Position numbers and translations under genes: made by a program. Positions 1-12,912 of a DNA stretch of 64,000 nucleotides are shown one piece after another (the first letter of the stretch is position 1; each line of letters starts with the position of its first letter). This stretch comes from Fimicolochytrium jonesii (Eukaryota), in assembly GCF_025526975.1 (NCBI RefSeq), contig NW_026515672.1, positions 558,001 through 622,000 on the forward strand, given 5' to 3'. The notes under the pieces were generated by a model, which was not told where the DNA came from, searched no databases, and worked only from the letters and a program-made list of their open reading frames with translations.

Positions 1-269
1 TCGTAGGGGCCCATTCGTATTCTAAGAGGTACGGGAAATCGGCCGGCCAACCTGAGATGGCCGGGAGTGTCGTGGACCGTGCGAAAGCCATGTACGCCCA
101 GTTTCAGGAGGAAGCGGCGAGTGACCCAGCTGATCTTGCCACTGCCTACCATAAAAGAGGGCGCATGTTGGTGCAGATCAGAGACGAGCTTGCGTCCTTT
201 TTGGGCGAGAGGGCGGCACTAGAAAGACATCAGATACGCAGGTCACTTACCAGTATATTTGAAAGATAG
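1..269 (+). CDS. Probable 3' end of a gene entering from the left (helical, possibly TPR-like)
   Basis: Frame is open from the window edge to TAG at 267-269. ADLATAYHKRGRML resembles a TPR helix; nothing diagnostic. Confidence 0.25.
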   Translation, partial: VGAHSYSKRYGKSAGQPEMAGSVVDRAKAMYAQFQEEAASDPADLATAYHKRGRMLVQIRDELASFLGERAALERHQIRRSLTSIFER

Positions 270-1250
270 AGACGGTATAGAAGAAGTTCCCGATCCGCCA
301 TCCATCTGACCCCGTACTGTACATGTATTATAGTCGTACGTAGCAAGCCAGAATTTAAATTGAGCCGGACCCACACACGTGACCCAACTCTGCCACTCCG
401 TCTCTGCTAGCGGGAACAGCGTGAGAGTCTATTTGTTCATTTGTTGATTGGGGAAGAAAGATGCCGTTTCTCATCAGTCTGCTTGGAAGAGGAAGATCCC
501 TTACCCGCATGTAAGTTTGTGTGCTTGGCTGCTGTCAGTAATGTGTTTGCTGTTGGACCCCGTCGCTGACAATATACGTACTCTCTTCCTGTGAATGCAG
601 TCAACCGTCAAGAACGACGACCGAAGGCGCGGCATGTCGTCTCTCCCAAGTCTAATGCCATAACTGCCAGACTCAAGTCACCCGCACAAGTGATCGCGCG
701 AATGCCAAGCAAGCACTCGCTACACCACACTAAGTGCCTTGGTTCCTTTCGAGACGGCGGTGGCTTCTGGAATATCGACAAACGGGCCAAGTGTGAGCCA
801 ATATGTGATGAGACAATCAGGACGGATCTTATATATTATATATATTAGCTTTCAAAGCGCCAAGTGCGTTTGCCATGGGCAGAAGCCTTTGATCTTGGTT
901 AACGTCCCTTTCCTCTCAGGCCGCTTTGAGGCTCCCTGGACGACAAAGCCGGCAGACGCGCTGTCGAAATTTTGCCCGCCACAACACATAGGCATGGTTC
1001 GCCTTCCGCGCTGTCCCCATTTGCAGGTTACTACGTCTGGCGCATTCAGTGGCCCGGGTAGGTATCGAGGCCCATTCGTTAACACGAAAGTGCTATTTGT
1101 TAATGTAAAGGCTTCGATACCGTCATCGACGCCACCATCGCTCGGTCGGCGAAGACCCATAGCTACGACTGCTCGCCCAAAATCTGCCCCTCCACTCAAC
1201 GTCCGCCCACTTCCTTCCCTCCACACTTTCCGCAGCAGGAACGGCATGCC

Positions 1251-2851
1251 GTGATGCCGTGCCGCTGGGGGTTTCGCCGAACCCGTGCCTGCACAGGGAT
1301 GCCAGAACACGCAACTCGAACGTCAGGAGGCATCGAACCTTCCCAACCAGCTGGAGTACTACCACCGTCTGGCCCAGCAACAGATGGAATTTCTTCATCA
1401 AGCAACCTGCGACAAACCAAGGCGCTCCCCCAGCAGGAGATAGCTCGCCACCAGGTCCACCAGGCCTTCTTTGACAAGAAAATTCGAGACATACGGACGC
1501 CCCTGTGCAATTTGAGATTGTTCAATGTCAATACAGACAGCAACTTCACCCACTCACTGTCGCTCACGCCGTCATACGGAACGGAGTGCATCTACCGTAC
1601 AATCCAGTCACATTCTACTTCAACTCGAACGCCAGGAGGCAGCAACGTCCCCAGCGGTTTCGAGTACTACGTCGACCATCTTGCGCAGCAGCAGATGGAC
1701 TTCATTCATCAAGAAAACCTACGACAGATTGAGACGAGGTAGAGTCGGAGCCGCATCCGGAAAACATGCTTACCATCCCGAGCACTATCCCAGCGGACGG
1801 TTGAATAGATGTGTTGTCCTAGATGTTGGCGTCCCGCACATCTTGTCATTGACACGGCCTGCTCACCAAAAGACGAAGACAACAACCACCCACCTCACCC
1901 AGCCTCTCAATACGTCTATAATCACAACATCGATGGCGCTGCTCAGCCACCCTCTCGATACGTCTATAATCCCGTCGACAAACGTCGGGTCGGCATACGT
2001 CTATAGCGCAGTTCGAGGCGCACTACTACACCGTAGGCCTAGGAACAGCTCGCCCTGTGCAGTTCGAGGATAGACGGATTCAACGCAACCCGTCGTACGT
2101 GAATACTGCGTCCACGTACACAGTTCCCAAATCCTCCTCTCCTATGCGGGCACGAGGCTGCCGGGGACATGCCTTCGCCCAAAAAGCCGGCCTATCGCAA
2201 TGGTTCTCCGCCCCATGAATCTGGAGTATTTCGAACCCTTGGACAACTATAGCTTCCCGCCGCCGGATCGAATCACGCCGCCGGTGTCGATTCGGTCGCC
2301 GATGCGTTGGAGAGCCGCTCTGCCGTACTTCTCCGCCGCCAGGAACAAATGGAGTTTCTTCATCAAGAAAACCTGCGGCGCTTCGCAAATTTTCAAGGAC
2401 TACGTCAGGTTACGACGAATGGCCATAATTATGGCGCAGGCCAAATCCTCCGCCCGAAATGGCCGAAAGGATGGCACGTTCCGAACAGTCTTCCATCGAG
2501 GAGATTACGTCGGCTCTCCTAGAAGTAGCAAAGGGTCCCACCGCGGAAACCGCGGAGAAACGTAAACATTACATATGTAGGGCTCGTTGAAGACGACACT
2601 GCAAAGATGCGCAAAAGATGCGAAAAAGCCACCAAATCGCCAGAAACGAGCGAGGAGCAGGACGAGACTATTTCCCTCGTCCAGGGGATTGCGAGCTTGA
2701 CGTGCCGAAACTTAAACGATCTCCATCTGTATCCTCGATGAAGACGACACCGCGAAAAATAAGATGCCTTTGGAAGCTGACACACGCCGGCCTCGAAGAA
2801 AATGCGCAAGAAGAAAGTCACGAAAAAGGTACCTTGCGTGCAATGTTTTGA
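1251..2851 (+). pseudogene. Decayed, internally repeated coding region of unknown family
   Basis: Three diverged copies of a module encoding QQQM(E/D)F(L/I)HQENLR (about 1312-1417, 1621-1730, 2340-2377); copy 1 has indels relative to copy 2. Protein-like frames are interrupted by stops. Confidence 0.35.
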
Positions 2852-3307
2852 TGTGCATATTCTTTAGTGACGCTCAACGTAGTTAAAAGACGGAACCAAC
2901 CAACGCATCGGCATGTTCCGGGAATCACTGCCTGATGCTGGTGGATGGACATGGATTTGGAAGGGAAAGCCCTCGGTACATGTATGGACATGAACTGCAT
3001 ATGGGTATCATTCGCTTTATTTTGGTATATTATATTTGCCACGACAGTTCTCCTTTGTTGCCGCTCTATGTGTTCCACAAACAACCCCTATCACCCAACT
3101 GCAAGTGCTTCCCGACGCGTTTCTCATCAGGTTCGTTCGTCAACGTCCCCGCCGCGTCCGCCAGTGATCAGTTCGCTCTCTGCGTTTTTCCCACGTCCGC
3201 AAACGCTGAAGGGTCCGTAAGTCCGTACCCAGTAGTGGAGGGTCCCCCAATAGACGCACAGAGTACCTAGAAGCACTGACTTCCTCGGAAGCTGTCAGAC
3301 CGCCAAG

Positions 3308-6175
3308 ATGACCTCCCTCAAGGAGATAATGAAAAAACGTCGGTTTGCCATGTCCCACGGCTCACTTATTCAGAATGGAACAGACTTCTGAACGACTTAT
3401 GATGCCTTTCCAGGGATTCTGAACGATATGCTTCAGTCCGTACAGCCTGCCAACCGCTGGAAGATTCTGGTGGTGGACTCCAAGTCAGTGAAGCTGCTGA
3501 ACAGCGCGTGCAGGATGCACGACATACTGGAGGAAAACGTTACTCGTACGTGTCACCTTTCAAGGTAGCTTGACTAGGCCAAACGAGGGAGCTCGTAGTG
3601 CGCTTGATGGGGTGCGAAGAACGATGGTTTACCTTTTGGTCAAATGGTTCTAGTCGTTGAGGACATCAACAAGAAGCGGCAAGCGTACCCGTCCAAGGAA
3701 GCCATATACTTCATTTCGCCCACGGACGCTTGCATACAACGGCTGATCGATGACTTTCCGGCACCGCCGACCAATGTGAAGGAGTCCAAGAAGCAAGAAC
3801 AACCACAAAGGATGTACGCCGCGGGACATATCTTTTTCACGTCAGGTTGGGCATTCGAGCATGATAGAGACGGTTGATAATCCCAACGGCGTCGTCTGAT
3901 ATCCCTTCATTGCAGCCCTCCCAGATCGTCTTTTCGATCGAATAAAGGGATCGCCGGCCATCTCCTCCATCAGAAACCTGAAAGAGATGAATATGGACTT
4001 TATCCCATACGAGAGCCAGGTCTTCACATTCGATATGGCGAAGAGTGCGTTACCGCTTTACAGCCCGTTGAAGGAGGGGTCAAGACAGAACGAAATCACC
4101 CTCATAGCGCAGAAGGTAGGCACCTCTGTTCCACACTGGTGCAAACAGATTGGAGTCATCTGACACAACCCAATCCTGTAAAGCTGGCATCAACCCTTGC
4201 AACCCTAGGAGACTACCCCTACATCCGCTACTACGCCTCCCCCACCTCCAGCATCCCCACAATCCCGCTTTACCTTGCGCAAGCGGTCAAATCCGAATTA
4301 GACACACTCGCGCGCCAAGACCCATCCTTCCCTCCCGCATCACCCTACAAGCGCAGCGTCCTCGTTATCCTTGATCGCAGTCTGGATATGGTTTCCCCCA
4401 TAGTACACGAGTTCACGTATCAGGCAATGATGCATGATTTGCTGGTGTTGGAGGGTGGACGATATGTGTATAAGCCGGATGCCGGGGATGTGTCAACAGA
4501 TGTGGATGAGCCGAAGAAGGAGGTCACGGCGACTTTGGATGAGAATGACCCCATCTGGGTACGTGCGGTGCAATGTTCTCGCTCGAAGGAAGCGCAGGGT
4601 GGGCTTATCAATCTTTCGTTTTAGATGCTAATCCGACATTGGCATTATGCAGACGCCGTCGATTACATCCGTCACACGTTCAACAAATTCCTGACGGAGA
4701 ACAGGGCCGCGTCGAGCGCTATGGGAAAAGACGGCGCGGCAGAAGCCACGTATGTGCCCTTCTCTTCGAAGCCCTTCAAAATCGCAAGATACTGATGTTC
4801 TTGTCTACAGCGGTCTAGATTCTCTTAAGCACATGAAGGACACTCTGAGCTCACTGCCTCAGTTTCAGGAGATGAAGGGGAAGGTATGCGTGTTCCCTGG
4901 GTGAGTTGAGGTACAGGTGTTGACTCGCTTCCCAACTTTCTATAGTTCTCCGTTCATATCAATATCTGTCAAGAGTGTCGGGCAATGTTTGAACGACGAC
5001 AGCTGGATCTGGTCGCAGCTGTGGAACAGGTAAGACATTCTTGATTTTTTTTGACGAACTCCCATAATCACTCATCCTATCCCAGGACCTCGCAACCGGC
5101 GAAACAGCCGACGGCCGCGCCATCAAATTCAGCAAAATGATGATCGATATGGTCCCCGCCCTCGACAGCCCGACCGTCTCCTCCGTCGACAAGCTGCGCA
5201 TCCTCATGCTCTACATCATCGCCCAAAACGGGATTGAAGACGAGGAGCGGCGCCGTTTGCTGGGTTACGCAAAATTATCGCTCGAGGAGTCGCAAGTTAT
5301 CACGAATCTGGGGTACTGGGGCGTAAGGCTCGGCAAGGAGAAGGGCGAGAAGGATGCGAAGGGGCGGTATGGGTATCATGTGCATGGGAAGAAGAGGAAG
5401 AAGGGGACGGAGAGTGAGCAGTATGATTTGAGTCGGTGGCAGCCGGTGTTGAAGTCTGTGCTTGAGGTGTGTCTGTCGCTCGCATGAGGATTCCATTTGA
5501 ACGGAACTTGAAAACCAACACACGCTCCCTTTTGCATCCCAGGACCAAGCAACAAGCCAACTCGATCCAGTCCTCTTCCCCTGGCTCACGGAACCCGCCC
5601 CGGAAGACCCCACCACAGCACCTCCCAAAACCTCAAAAATCACCCTGGACCACAAGGCCGCGCTCACAGCACCAGACCCGCAATACCCGCACTCTCTACG
5701 CACAACGCGTCCATCCTGGTCGCAAAAACGCAAACCGAAAACCGCGGGCGACTCTAAAACTACCGAACAGTCGCCACAAGCCACTGCGTCCGATATCCGC
5801 AAGAACGGGCCGCGGATTATCGTGTTTACCGTCGGCGGGGTCACGTTCTCGGAATTGCGGACGGTGTATTCGATCCGCGAGGCGTTTCAGAGGGACGTGT
5901 TGATTGGGTCGACGCACGTGTCGCCACCATTGCAGTGGATTGAGCTGTTGAAACAGATGGGGAAGGTGGATGAGAGTGGGGCTGGGAGTGCGGCGGCTGC
6001 GGGGAGTCCCGAGGCGGCGGGGACGCCTGATGTTGGGGGCGGTAGGCAGGATGGGACGTTGAAGAGGAGCGAGACGGAGCAGAGTGTGCATAAGGAGAAG
6101 GGGGAGAAGGGGTTGTTGGGGATGTTTCATAAGAAGAAGAAGGATAAGGGTGAAAAGGGTGAGAGCGATAAGTAG
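3308..6175 (+). CDS. SEC1: Sec1/Munc18 family SM protein (multi-exon)
   Basis: Spliced N-terminus MTSLKEIMKKR|ILNDML...WKILVVD. Motifs EAIYFISP, LVILDRSLD...HEFTYQAM, YDLSRW and FTVGGVTFSELR. TAG at 6173-6175. Confidence 0.92.
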
Positions 6176-6319
6176 CGACGGACCGTGGACAACGGCATTT
6201 CCCATGCCTATTCTATATTGATCATTTTTGGAAGAACGTGCGTTCCCCCTTCTATTGTACTTGGTCTGAATGATAAGTCTATGGAACAGAATGCAAAGGC
6301 CACATGACTACAGGCTCGA

Positions 6320-7709
6320 TCACAGCATAACCCTCAATTTATCCTTGAAATCGTCCCAATCAACATAAGCGCCTTTCAGATGCCTCTCCCCACTCGCGGC
6401 ATCAAACTCTTCTCTTCCATGCAGCGTCCTCCTATTCGCAAACACGACGCAATCTCCTGGCCTCAATAGCGTCCTGTACATCAACTCCGGTCGTTTCAAA
6501 ATATCCGCATACGCCTGGAATGCCGGGTAAAATCTCGCCGCCTGATCCGACTCCAACGGCCCCTGGAACGGCGGGGCATAGTAGACCATCATACGCTCGT
6601 TGAAATCGTCTTCCACAATCGTCGGCCGACGGAAATGCATGTGGTGGCCGTCGTTGATGTAGTGGAAGGTAACGGGGATCTCGGTGAGGGCTTTGTAGGC
6701 GTCTATGTTGGACTGTTTGAGAATATGGGCGGCTTTGAAGCTGTCGAGGAAGATGGAGGCGCCGCCTTTGACAGAGTTCTTTAGGCTGTGTAGGAATTGG
6801 AGGCCTGGGGGGGCTTCGAAGTACCTGGGATTCCGACGGTGCCTTGTTTAACTCATGTTCGAATATTGGCGATATTGTCTCTTCAAGCTCTCTTGCTACT
6901 CACATCAGATCCATATGCAGCCCCAGATCCAGCGACGTGTAAGCGATATTCTTCGCCTGCGGCACGCTCTTCACATCCCACGACGTGCCGTAAAACGTCT
7001 CCCTAATGCATCCAAACCTCTTCGCGATCCTCTCCACCTCCTTCTCTTCAACCGGTGCGTTCCGGATGAACACCAGCCCAAAGTCCCTCAACTGCAACAA
7101 CGCCTGCCGCAACCCGTCATCTCTGCCTATGAAGTCCTTATACTCCACATCCCTCTTCGCGCTAGAATACGATTGCGAGTCCCATAACTTCGGCTGCAGC
7201 AGCTTCCTCTGCCGCGCGTCGACAGTCGCTGGGTCGTTCCGCCGAAGCCAGTCGAGGTCGATCTCGGTCGTGTGCTCGTTTTTGAAGGATGGGGAAAGCG
7301 GCGCGCGGAGACTCCCTGCCGCCCAAGTGATTTTTATGCGCTGGTTGTTGAGAAGGTCGATGGCGGTGGGTTTGAGGGCGAGGTTGACGTCGGCGGAGGA
7401 GTGGAGCTTTTGAGTGTTGGAGGGGTGGATGCAGGCTGCGCATTGGCAGTTGTCGCGGAGCCAGACGTGGTCGAACCTGCTGGCTGGTGGTGGGGATGGA
7501 GTTTTAGTAAAGGCTGTTGTTGCATCCCAGTGGATAAGGATGTGGTCGTCCTTCTTTGTAAGGTTCGTTGAAAGTGGCGAGGAGGTGTGGAACGGCTTTG
7601 GACGTGCATATAAGTGGGAGGGACGGTGCCAAGCTGTTTTTTGGAAGGAGAGCCAGCCGGCGCCGCTGCTACTGCTGCCCCGCGGGGATAGTAAGCGTTG
7701 AGGCCACAT
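6320..7709 (-). CDS. Gamma-butyrobetaine dioxygenase / TMLH-like TauD-family 2OG-Fe(II) dioxygenase, probably mitochondrial
   Basis: N-terminal zinc motif WLRDNCQCAACIHP, NIAYTSLDLGLHMDL (HxD), NRRTLHGR and RHLKGAY. One intron at about 6826-6904. Arg/Ser-rich leader. Confidence 0.88.
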
Positions 7710-8299
7710 AATGGTCGTTGCAGGTCTTTTGTTTGCAATTGCGAAGGATCAGTTGGGGCCTCTTCGGAAGATGGGTGGACTTGCCGCGCGTCCCGCTGTC
7801 AGTCGCACCCGCTATTCCTGTCCACCGACGCCCTCTTTCTCCATCTGTTCCGTCATTTGCCCCTGTTTGGTTGGGTGTTGTTAACAGACTCGATTTCCGG
7901 GCGAGCTCCCCCCAAAATGTCCTCCAGGATATAGAGGCGGCACCAGGTTGGCGGTTAACCACATTCCCATCCGCCAGTTACCGTCTTTCCAGAAAAAACG
8001 TCTCACATATCGACAATATGAAATATCACACATGATAAAGCCTACCTACTAATACGCCGTTTCAGTATGACGGTAACCATATGAAGCACACAGCACAGGA
8101 AGGGCGTGACACAATCCAAGGTCCATGACAAAGATGCACTGCGCAGCGAGACCGTGTAGTGAAGACTTATCCCTCGCCAACGCGTCAATCAGAACTCATC
8201 AAGCAAGGCGAGAGCAACAGGCTTGTTCTTCCGGTATGCATCCGAAATACTCTCGGAAGACGTGTAATAATCTTCAGGAATATGTGGGATGCTGGTATC

Positions 8300-9783
8300 A
8301 GAAGGCAAAAATGAATGAATACACGCACATGAGACGAGATGTGATATCAAACCTCTGAGGTATACCTGTTGTGCAGATGTGGTATAGATGTTTCAAAACC
8401 GATATCAGTTTCCGCCTCCTAAGCATCCTAAGTGCTTGAGTAGCGGCGCCTGCAGAGAATTGCCACTTGCTGTAGCTCAAGCGGCAAGCATGCACGAAAT
8501 ATTTGTTCCTCTAGGTAATCTCGATTCCTCTTCTCCGGCTCTTTGTGTTCATCGAGCAGTGCTTCCATTCGTTTCAATTCATCCTCTAATTGTGGTAGCT
8601 ACGGACTAACCCCATCAGGGTTGTCTCAAAACTGGAGGTCAACGGCATGAGATACGTTACCTTAGCTCAGCAGAGCTTCTGCATTGCAAAGACCGCTTTG
8701 CAATCTACTCTTACAAACATTCCCCAGAGCAAGCGGATTCCAACGGTTCTGTTGCGGATCCGGACAATTGGATCCTGCGCGTCAATCTCCAATGTAGTTG
8801 ACATTTGGCAGATCTTCCATTCGGCGTAGTATTTCAGAAAACCCCAGCCATCCTTGTTCGCCAAGAGACCGTTTGCATCACCCGAGATTTGCTGAAGGAG
8901 GTTGTTGTAATAAGCAATTAAGGAGAGTGTCACAAGTGAGCGAATCATCGGAGAGAAGGAAGGTGATGTAGTCGATGTCTTCAACTGAACTACCTTCCAT
9001 CTCTCCCATGATCTGCGCGTAGTCTCCGTTGTCGAAGCCCTTCCACTTCATCTCCAGAACGATAAGAATGCAAAGCTGGAATGCCACCCAGACAAACTCG
9101 ATTTGTCCATGCGACAGCGAGCCGCGCATGGACCTCTCAGCTTCACTTTTGACGGCACCCGAAGGGTCGTGCGATTTCTGTAACCACCTGCCAAAAAATG
9201 ATAGATGATAAGACTATCATCTCCCGACATCGAGTTGAGGAGAGCGGGACTTACCGCGGACAACCAGAGTACAAGTTCTGCCTCCTTGACAACTTCTCAC
9301 AATGTCTTATTTGTAGCCTCCGCCACGGCCATGCGATCAAATACCCTATCCAGGAAGTGCTCCGACACGTAGTAAATATTGTTTCAGCAAGGGAGTCTCC
9401 TTGGGAGTGCGGTACTGCGGGTTCACTTGACGAATTTGATTCTACGTAAGGCTGCTGAACGATGCCAGTCCATCTGGAAGTCAAGGGAAGTGATTCAGTG
9501 GCGAGGAAGGGAAGATACAGTAAGCGAGTCTTGTGTTGGCAGCCTTACCGCGGAATTTCACAAATACTTCGGTTGGCAGCCGATATTTCAATATCAGTGT
9601 CAACGATACGGACGCTCCAGCGCCCTTCTCATCCTGTGGCTTTCCCTTTAAAAGCTCCTCGAAATAGTCCTCCGGTACCGGAAGCTCCGCTATGTTACTG
9701 AAGGCCTGCTCGACGGCTCTTTCCGATTTCAACCCTTGGAGCTTGGTGCGGCGTCTTTTGGCAGTGGGGCTTTGTTTTGACAT
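8300..9783 (-). pseudogene. Disrupted multi-exon gene of unknown function
   Basis: ATG at 9783 (MSKQSPTAKRRR...) and canonical GTAAG donors near 9548 and 9254. Downstream protein-like exons contain in-frame TGA stops (9423, 9384, 9297, 8878, 8782) and need frameshifts. The 3' end is uncertain. Confidence 0.4.
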
Positions 9784-10129
9784 GAGGCTGAATTTGCTGA
9801 GAGGGAGTCTTAACGTCGGTGTTGGTGGGACGAGGTCAGCTGCGAGCGGCGGTTCAGGGCTGATACGGTGCACTTTCGGTATATACTTTCCATTGGGTCG
9901 TCTCTGTGACAATGGACAAGACGAACGGCTCGAACGGGAGGCGGGGGTCACGTCAGAGCTGGGAATCCGTGCTTTCCCAAATTCCCACCCGCACAGATCT
10001 TGTTACTCAAACACAGGGCATAGCCCTTTCGTGCTCGTCTCTCGCTGCGTCCGTCCCTATCTCTAGCCTCGTCAGCCTCGCTTGACTGCAAGCGCTCGCT
10101 CGGTCCGACAGTTTCACAGTCAGACAGGA

Positions 10130-12912
10130 ATGTCGTCAACTCCGCGACGGAGAGAGTTCGCGCCCATCCAAATGGAGCCACTAAACGTCATATGCGGGAC
10201 CATCTTCATGGCCGTGGGCATATCCTTTTTCAGCGTCTTCCTGTTGCTCAGTATGCCAAACCACGATGTTCCGGTGGTCAAACTTTCTGGAAGGCTTCAA
10301 TTTCCGAGCCTTGACCACGCGAGGTTTCTCGATAGGGTTGTAGGGATGGCACCGGTGGGAGAAGGAACAGGGATTCACTTGGGTTGGATGGGCGGTCAGG
10401 GAGAGGGTATTAGTGGTAAGTTTCGTGAGTGAACAAAGTGAGCGGGCGCTGTGTGGCGGGCTTAAACGAGCGGAGCGAGGTGCAGGGGAGCTTGCGGCTA
10501 GCGAACCATAGAAGGCAAGGGAGCCCGAGCGAAAGTGAGCGCGACCTGGGGTGATGCACTTCGCGAAGGGAGCGAACAGCGAGCGAAGCGAGGCCCCGTT
10601 GCGGCCAAGGATATTCTTCATTCGTGGGCATCGCTTCACCCACCTGGGGCTCACCTTTCATCGGTTCGCCCATCGCTCATATTACATCTATGTAGCAGAT
10701 ATGATTCAGCATTATGTGCTCCCAGTTTCTTCCTTGGCCAACGGCACGATGAAGGCCGAGAAAGTTCTTCCCAACAAAGTGATAGACGGAACAGTGACGC
10801 ACATTGCATTCAACCGATTGCGGAATCCCTCACCACTACTAGGCGTGTTTACTCGCCGCGTAGAAGGTGAGAACATCAGGTAGGTAGAGCTTATCCCGTT
10901 GATTCGTGATGTGCGACGTTGACTTTGGCTTCGTGCCCTTCAGCTACCATGTAGATGTGACTCCGATCGACGTCTCGCGGTCAGAAGATGTACTCTCCTT
11001 CTCGGGCAAGACATGGACGCTGCCAGGAAATCTCCCAATAGTTCGCGCGGCGGTGGGGGCCAGTGGTCGAGTGATCGCTAGTAGACGCTACGACACTAGC
11101 CTCTTTCGCATGTACACCCTGCTCGAATGCGATTCCGATCACTCTTGTGCCGTTGCGAATGGCTTGGTCGGGCCGCCTACATGTAAGAATCGCGCATCGC
11201 TTCCTTCGGGGACCTTGGGCCTGAGCTCATCTCTAAATTTTCCCCTTCTACAGCCGAAGCTTTGAGCGATCACTTGCTCGCCGTCGAGCTCTACAGTCCA
11301 GAGTATGTCAGCCTTATCTGTCTTCATTGGGCCTGTCGGAATCAAGGGAGAGTTCTGATCATCAAGTTTTCAGCGCAGCATCCCCCAGCGTCTTTTTTGT
11401 GAGCAAGGATGAACACGATGAGCATATCCACGTCTCGATGGCAATGTTCACGCTCGTTGATGGAGAGTGGGTCAAGGATGAGTTGTGGCCGGTACGCTCT
11501 TGGGAAATGTTCCGGCTCCGCACGCCGTTCGACCGCTGCTAATGCTAACATTCGCATGATAGCGTCCACCCCTATACTATCATCGTGACTCATACTCTCC
11601 TATGCTCGGGCACGACGTGCCCGAGAATGACGGGGCTCATCAATTGCACTGGTTGACGAGCCCTATTGTCGGTAAGGGAGAAATGCACTCCAATCCGACT
11701 CATTCGCAAGTTTGGCTCATGTCATCTCTCGTCGCAGCCGCCTCTGCAAACTCAACCACACTCGCCTGGACCTTCCTGTCCCGCATCCTTACCTTGGACT
11801 ATGTTGGTGAAGCTAGTGGGAAGATACATGGATATGTACTGGAGGAGTCGAAGCCCCTGGATGGCTTCAGCCCCGCGGATCTTCGCGTGAAGGGGGCGAA
11901 TTTGAATCCGAACGGGACTGTTTTCTCCTTTGTCAATGACGTACGTATTCAGTGCAGATGGGCGGAACGTTGACGTACTGTACCATTGAGACTAACACTT
12001 CAATTGCGCAGAACAACGACATCATAACTTTCTCGCGCACAGCGGTCCGCCTAAAGCCGAAAGAAGACCGCAGTTGGGTCGAGTCATTCTTCCTCTATCC
12101 AAATGAAATCGGATTCTTTTACGACGCAGCGGCTGAAGCACAAGGGCACGCGAACGCCCCAGCGAAAACGAAGCCGAAATCAAGCTCTCCGTGGAAGGTT
12201 CAGACGAATTATTTGAACTCTCTTGATGGGGCGACGAATGGGAAAGCTGTCGTTGCGTTCCATCAGCTGGAAGGGTCGCGCCTGGCAACCAACTTCATGC
12301 ATCCGGACGAGACGTACATACGTAAGTGCCGTCTTTCCTTTGAAACAATGCCCGGCGACAGGGCAATCCGCTGACCACGTCCACATCATCCCGTTCACAG
12401 TGGTCCTGTACACAAACAACGTCTTACAAATCCTGGAAGTCACTCAAAGAGATAAGGGCAGCCACATCCAAGCTTACATACGGAACCGGTGGCCGATGTT
12501 TGTGGCAATGCTGGCTGTGGTCGTGGTGTTCGCTGCCAACGAGATGACGTGAGTGCAATGAATTTGTCTATTATGCGACTTGACTCAGGACGGATTCTGA
12601 TACTTAGATGTGTGTAGGGGCGAATTTACACCGTATACCTCGCTCTTGACCGCGGGCTTATCGTTCTGGGTGTTGTTATCGTTACTGCTCAACGAGCCGA
12701 GTTATGATTGAGGTGTCTTTCCGCCATTGTGGATCAAAGATCTTTTGCCGGAGACCTCTCGTGAACCCTGCTGAGGCACGACGACCGCAAGCATTCTGAC
12801 ATTCATGTACCGTACAAGGTAGTCATAGATCCCATCACCGTTTCCCTTCCTTACCAACCCGTTCGCCCATCGGCGTAGACTCTCGCGTGAGATGGCACTA
12901 GACGGCACCTAA
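10130..12912 (+). CDS. Hypothetical multi-exon membrane protein (N-terminal TM, large beta-rich domain, C-terminal TMs)
   Basis: ATG at 10130; hydrophobic VICGTIFMAVGISFFSVFLLL; chain of GT-AG introns; C-terminal hydrophobic WPMFVAMLAVVVVFAA; last exon ends ...EMALDGT-TAA at 12910-12912. Confidence 0.6.

Noticed and set aside
1312..2390. Spaced repeats as a CRISPR-like array
   Set aside because: Copies are long, diverged, irregularly spaced and codon-structured; eukaryotic context and no cas genes.
8782..9425. Five in-frame TGA codons suggesting selenocysteine or stop-codon recoding
   Set aside because: The same region also needs frameshifts, the TGAs are not in redox-type motifs, and TGA is a normal terminator in intact genes here (e.g. 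kinase, PME-1). Pseudogene decay explains it.
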